Assembly (NCBI GenBank): GCA_032718475.1
Contig: JAUCBJ010000511.1
Location: 1-34,013 of the forward strand
Length of the DNA stretch: 34,013 nt
Direction: 5' to 3'
Origin: Nemertoderma westbladi
Taxonomy: Eukaryota; Animalia; Xenacoelomorpha
Position numbers and translations under genes: made by a program. The notes beneath the pieces were generated by a model. It did not search any database. It was not told where the DNA came from and worked only from the letters and a program-made list of their open reading frames with translations. This document shows, piece after piece, positions 33,400 to 34,013 of this stretch. Within the stretch, counting starts at the first letter, position 1. Every line of letters begins with the position of its first letter.

Positions 33400-34013
33400 A
33401 GTGATAGTGATTTGAAGCAAGCTAATTAAATATTTTTTACTTTTCAGGTACTGCCTACAATACGGATAGTGAGATTGTTGGATTCAGGTTCAGGCAATAA
33501 CGCATATCTCACTATCATTAGGAATAGAATGAATGAATATAACGAATATAATTAATAACATATGATTGAGGGAGTACAAGGAAGGGTATAGCCTATGTAA
33601 AAAAACATGACAAACGGTAAAATGTTAATTATAAAACATAGTAACAAGGTGTCGGCAAGCTGTGGTTTCGAGGTGGTTGAAATCTGAACTGCGTAGGAAA
33701 CGGAGTGGGACAATTGGTGTAGGTCTGAATGTGAACAGTATAACTGCTTCCTATAAAGAATTAATTTGAAAATAATAGTACATAGAATAAGATTTAAAAC
33801 AATACCTATAGATATATTTTCATAAATAAAAATCAATTATTTCTTTGTTACAGTATTAATTAACTTTTATAACTTTTAATTATAACTTGAAAGCCGTTTA
33901 TGCTGTTGATAAATTTAATTTTGTAACTGAACAACTATAATTCGTAATTTAAGTACAGAAGTAGGCCTACTATATTACCGGTACCTCTTACTATCCAGGC
34001 AGAACTGAGTGTT

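Noticed and set aside
25740-33415. Plus-strand ORFs inside CFAP46
   Set aside because: Short antisense shadows with no recognisable motifs.

Overview
AT-rich, repeat-dense animal (metazoan) nuclear DNA, not a prokaryotic locus. The window is almost certainly an assembly chimera: two tail-to-tail copies of the SMART/PacBio amplification primer (AAGCAGTGGTATCAACGCAGAGTACT) sit at 11133-11185, so the sequence on either side should be treated as unlinked. The left part is a nest of retroelements. It has a ~190-bp satellite in both orientations, a decayed BEL/Pao gag fragment, and a BEL/Pao LTR retrotransposon (LTR start 1824; gag-protease ORF 5042-10063). That element is interrupted at the start of RT by a Penelope-like element with an inverted GIY-YIG/3' segment carrying a minimal type I hammerhead ribozyme. 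The right part holds a complete 5-exon CMSS1 gene (minus strand, 280 aa) whose last intron contains a 46-bp TTAGGG-bearing satellite, several MITE/Helentron-like elements and tandem arrays, and a full-length CFAP46 (TTC40) gene encoded as one uninterrupted 8.26-kb ORF. I find no convincing wholly new biological system. The best leads are the ribozyme-bearing Penelope insertion, the intronless CFAP46 and the structured satellites. All protein and family assignments come from recalled motifs, not database searches.
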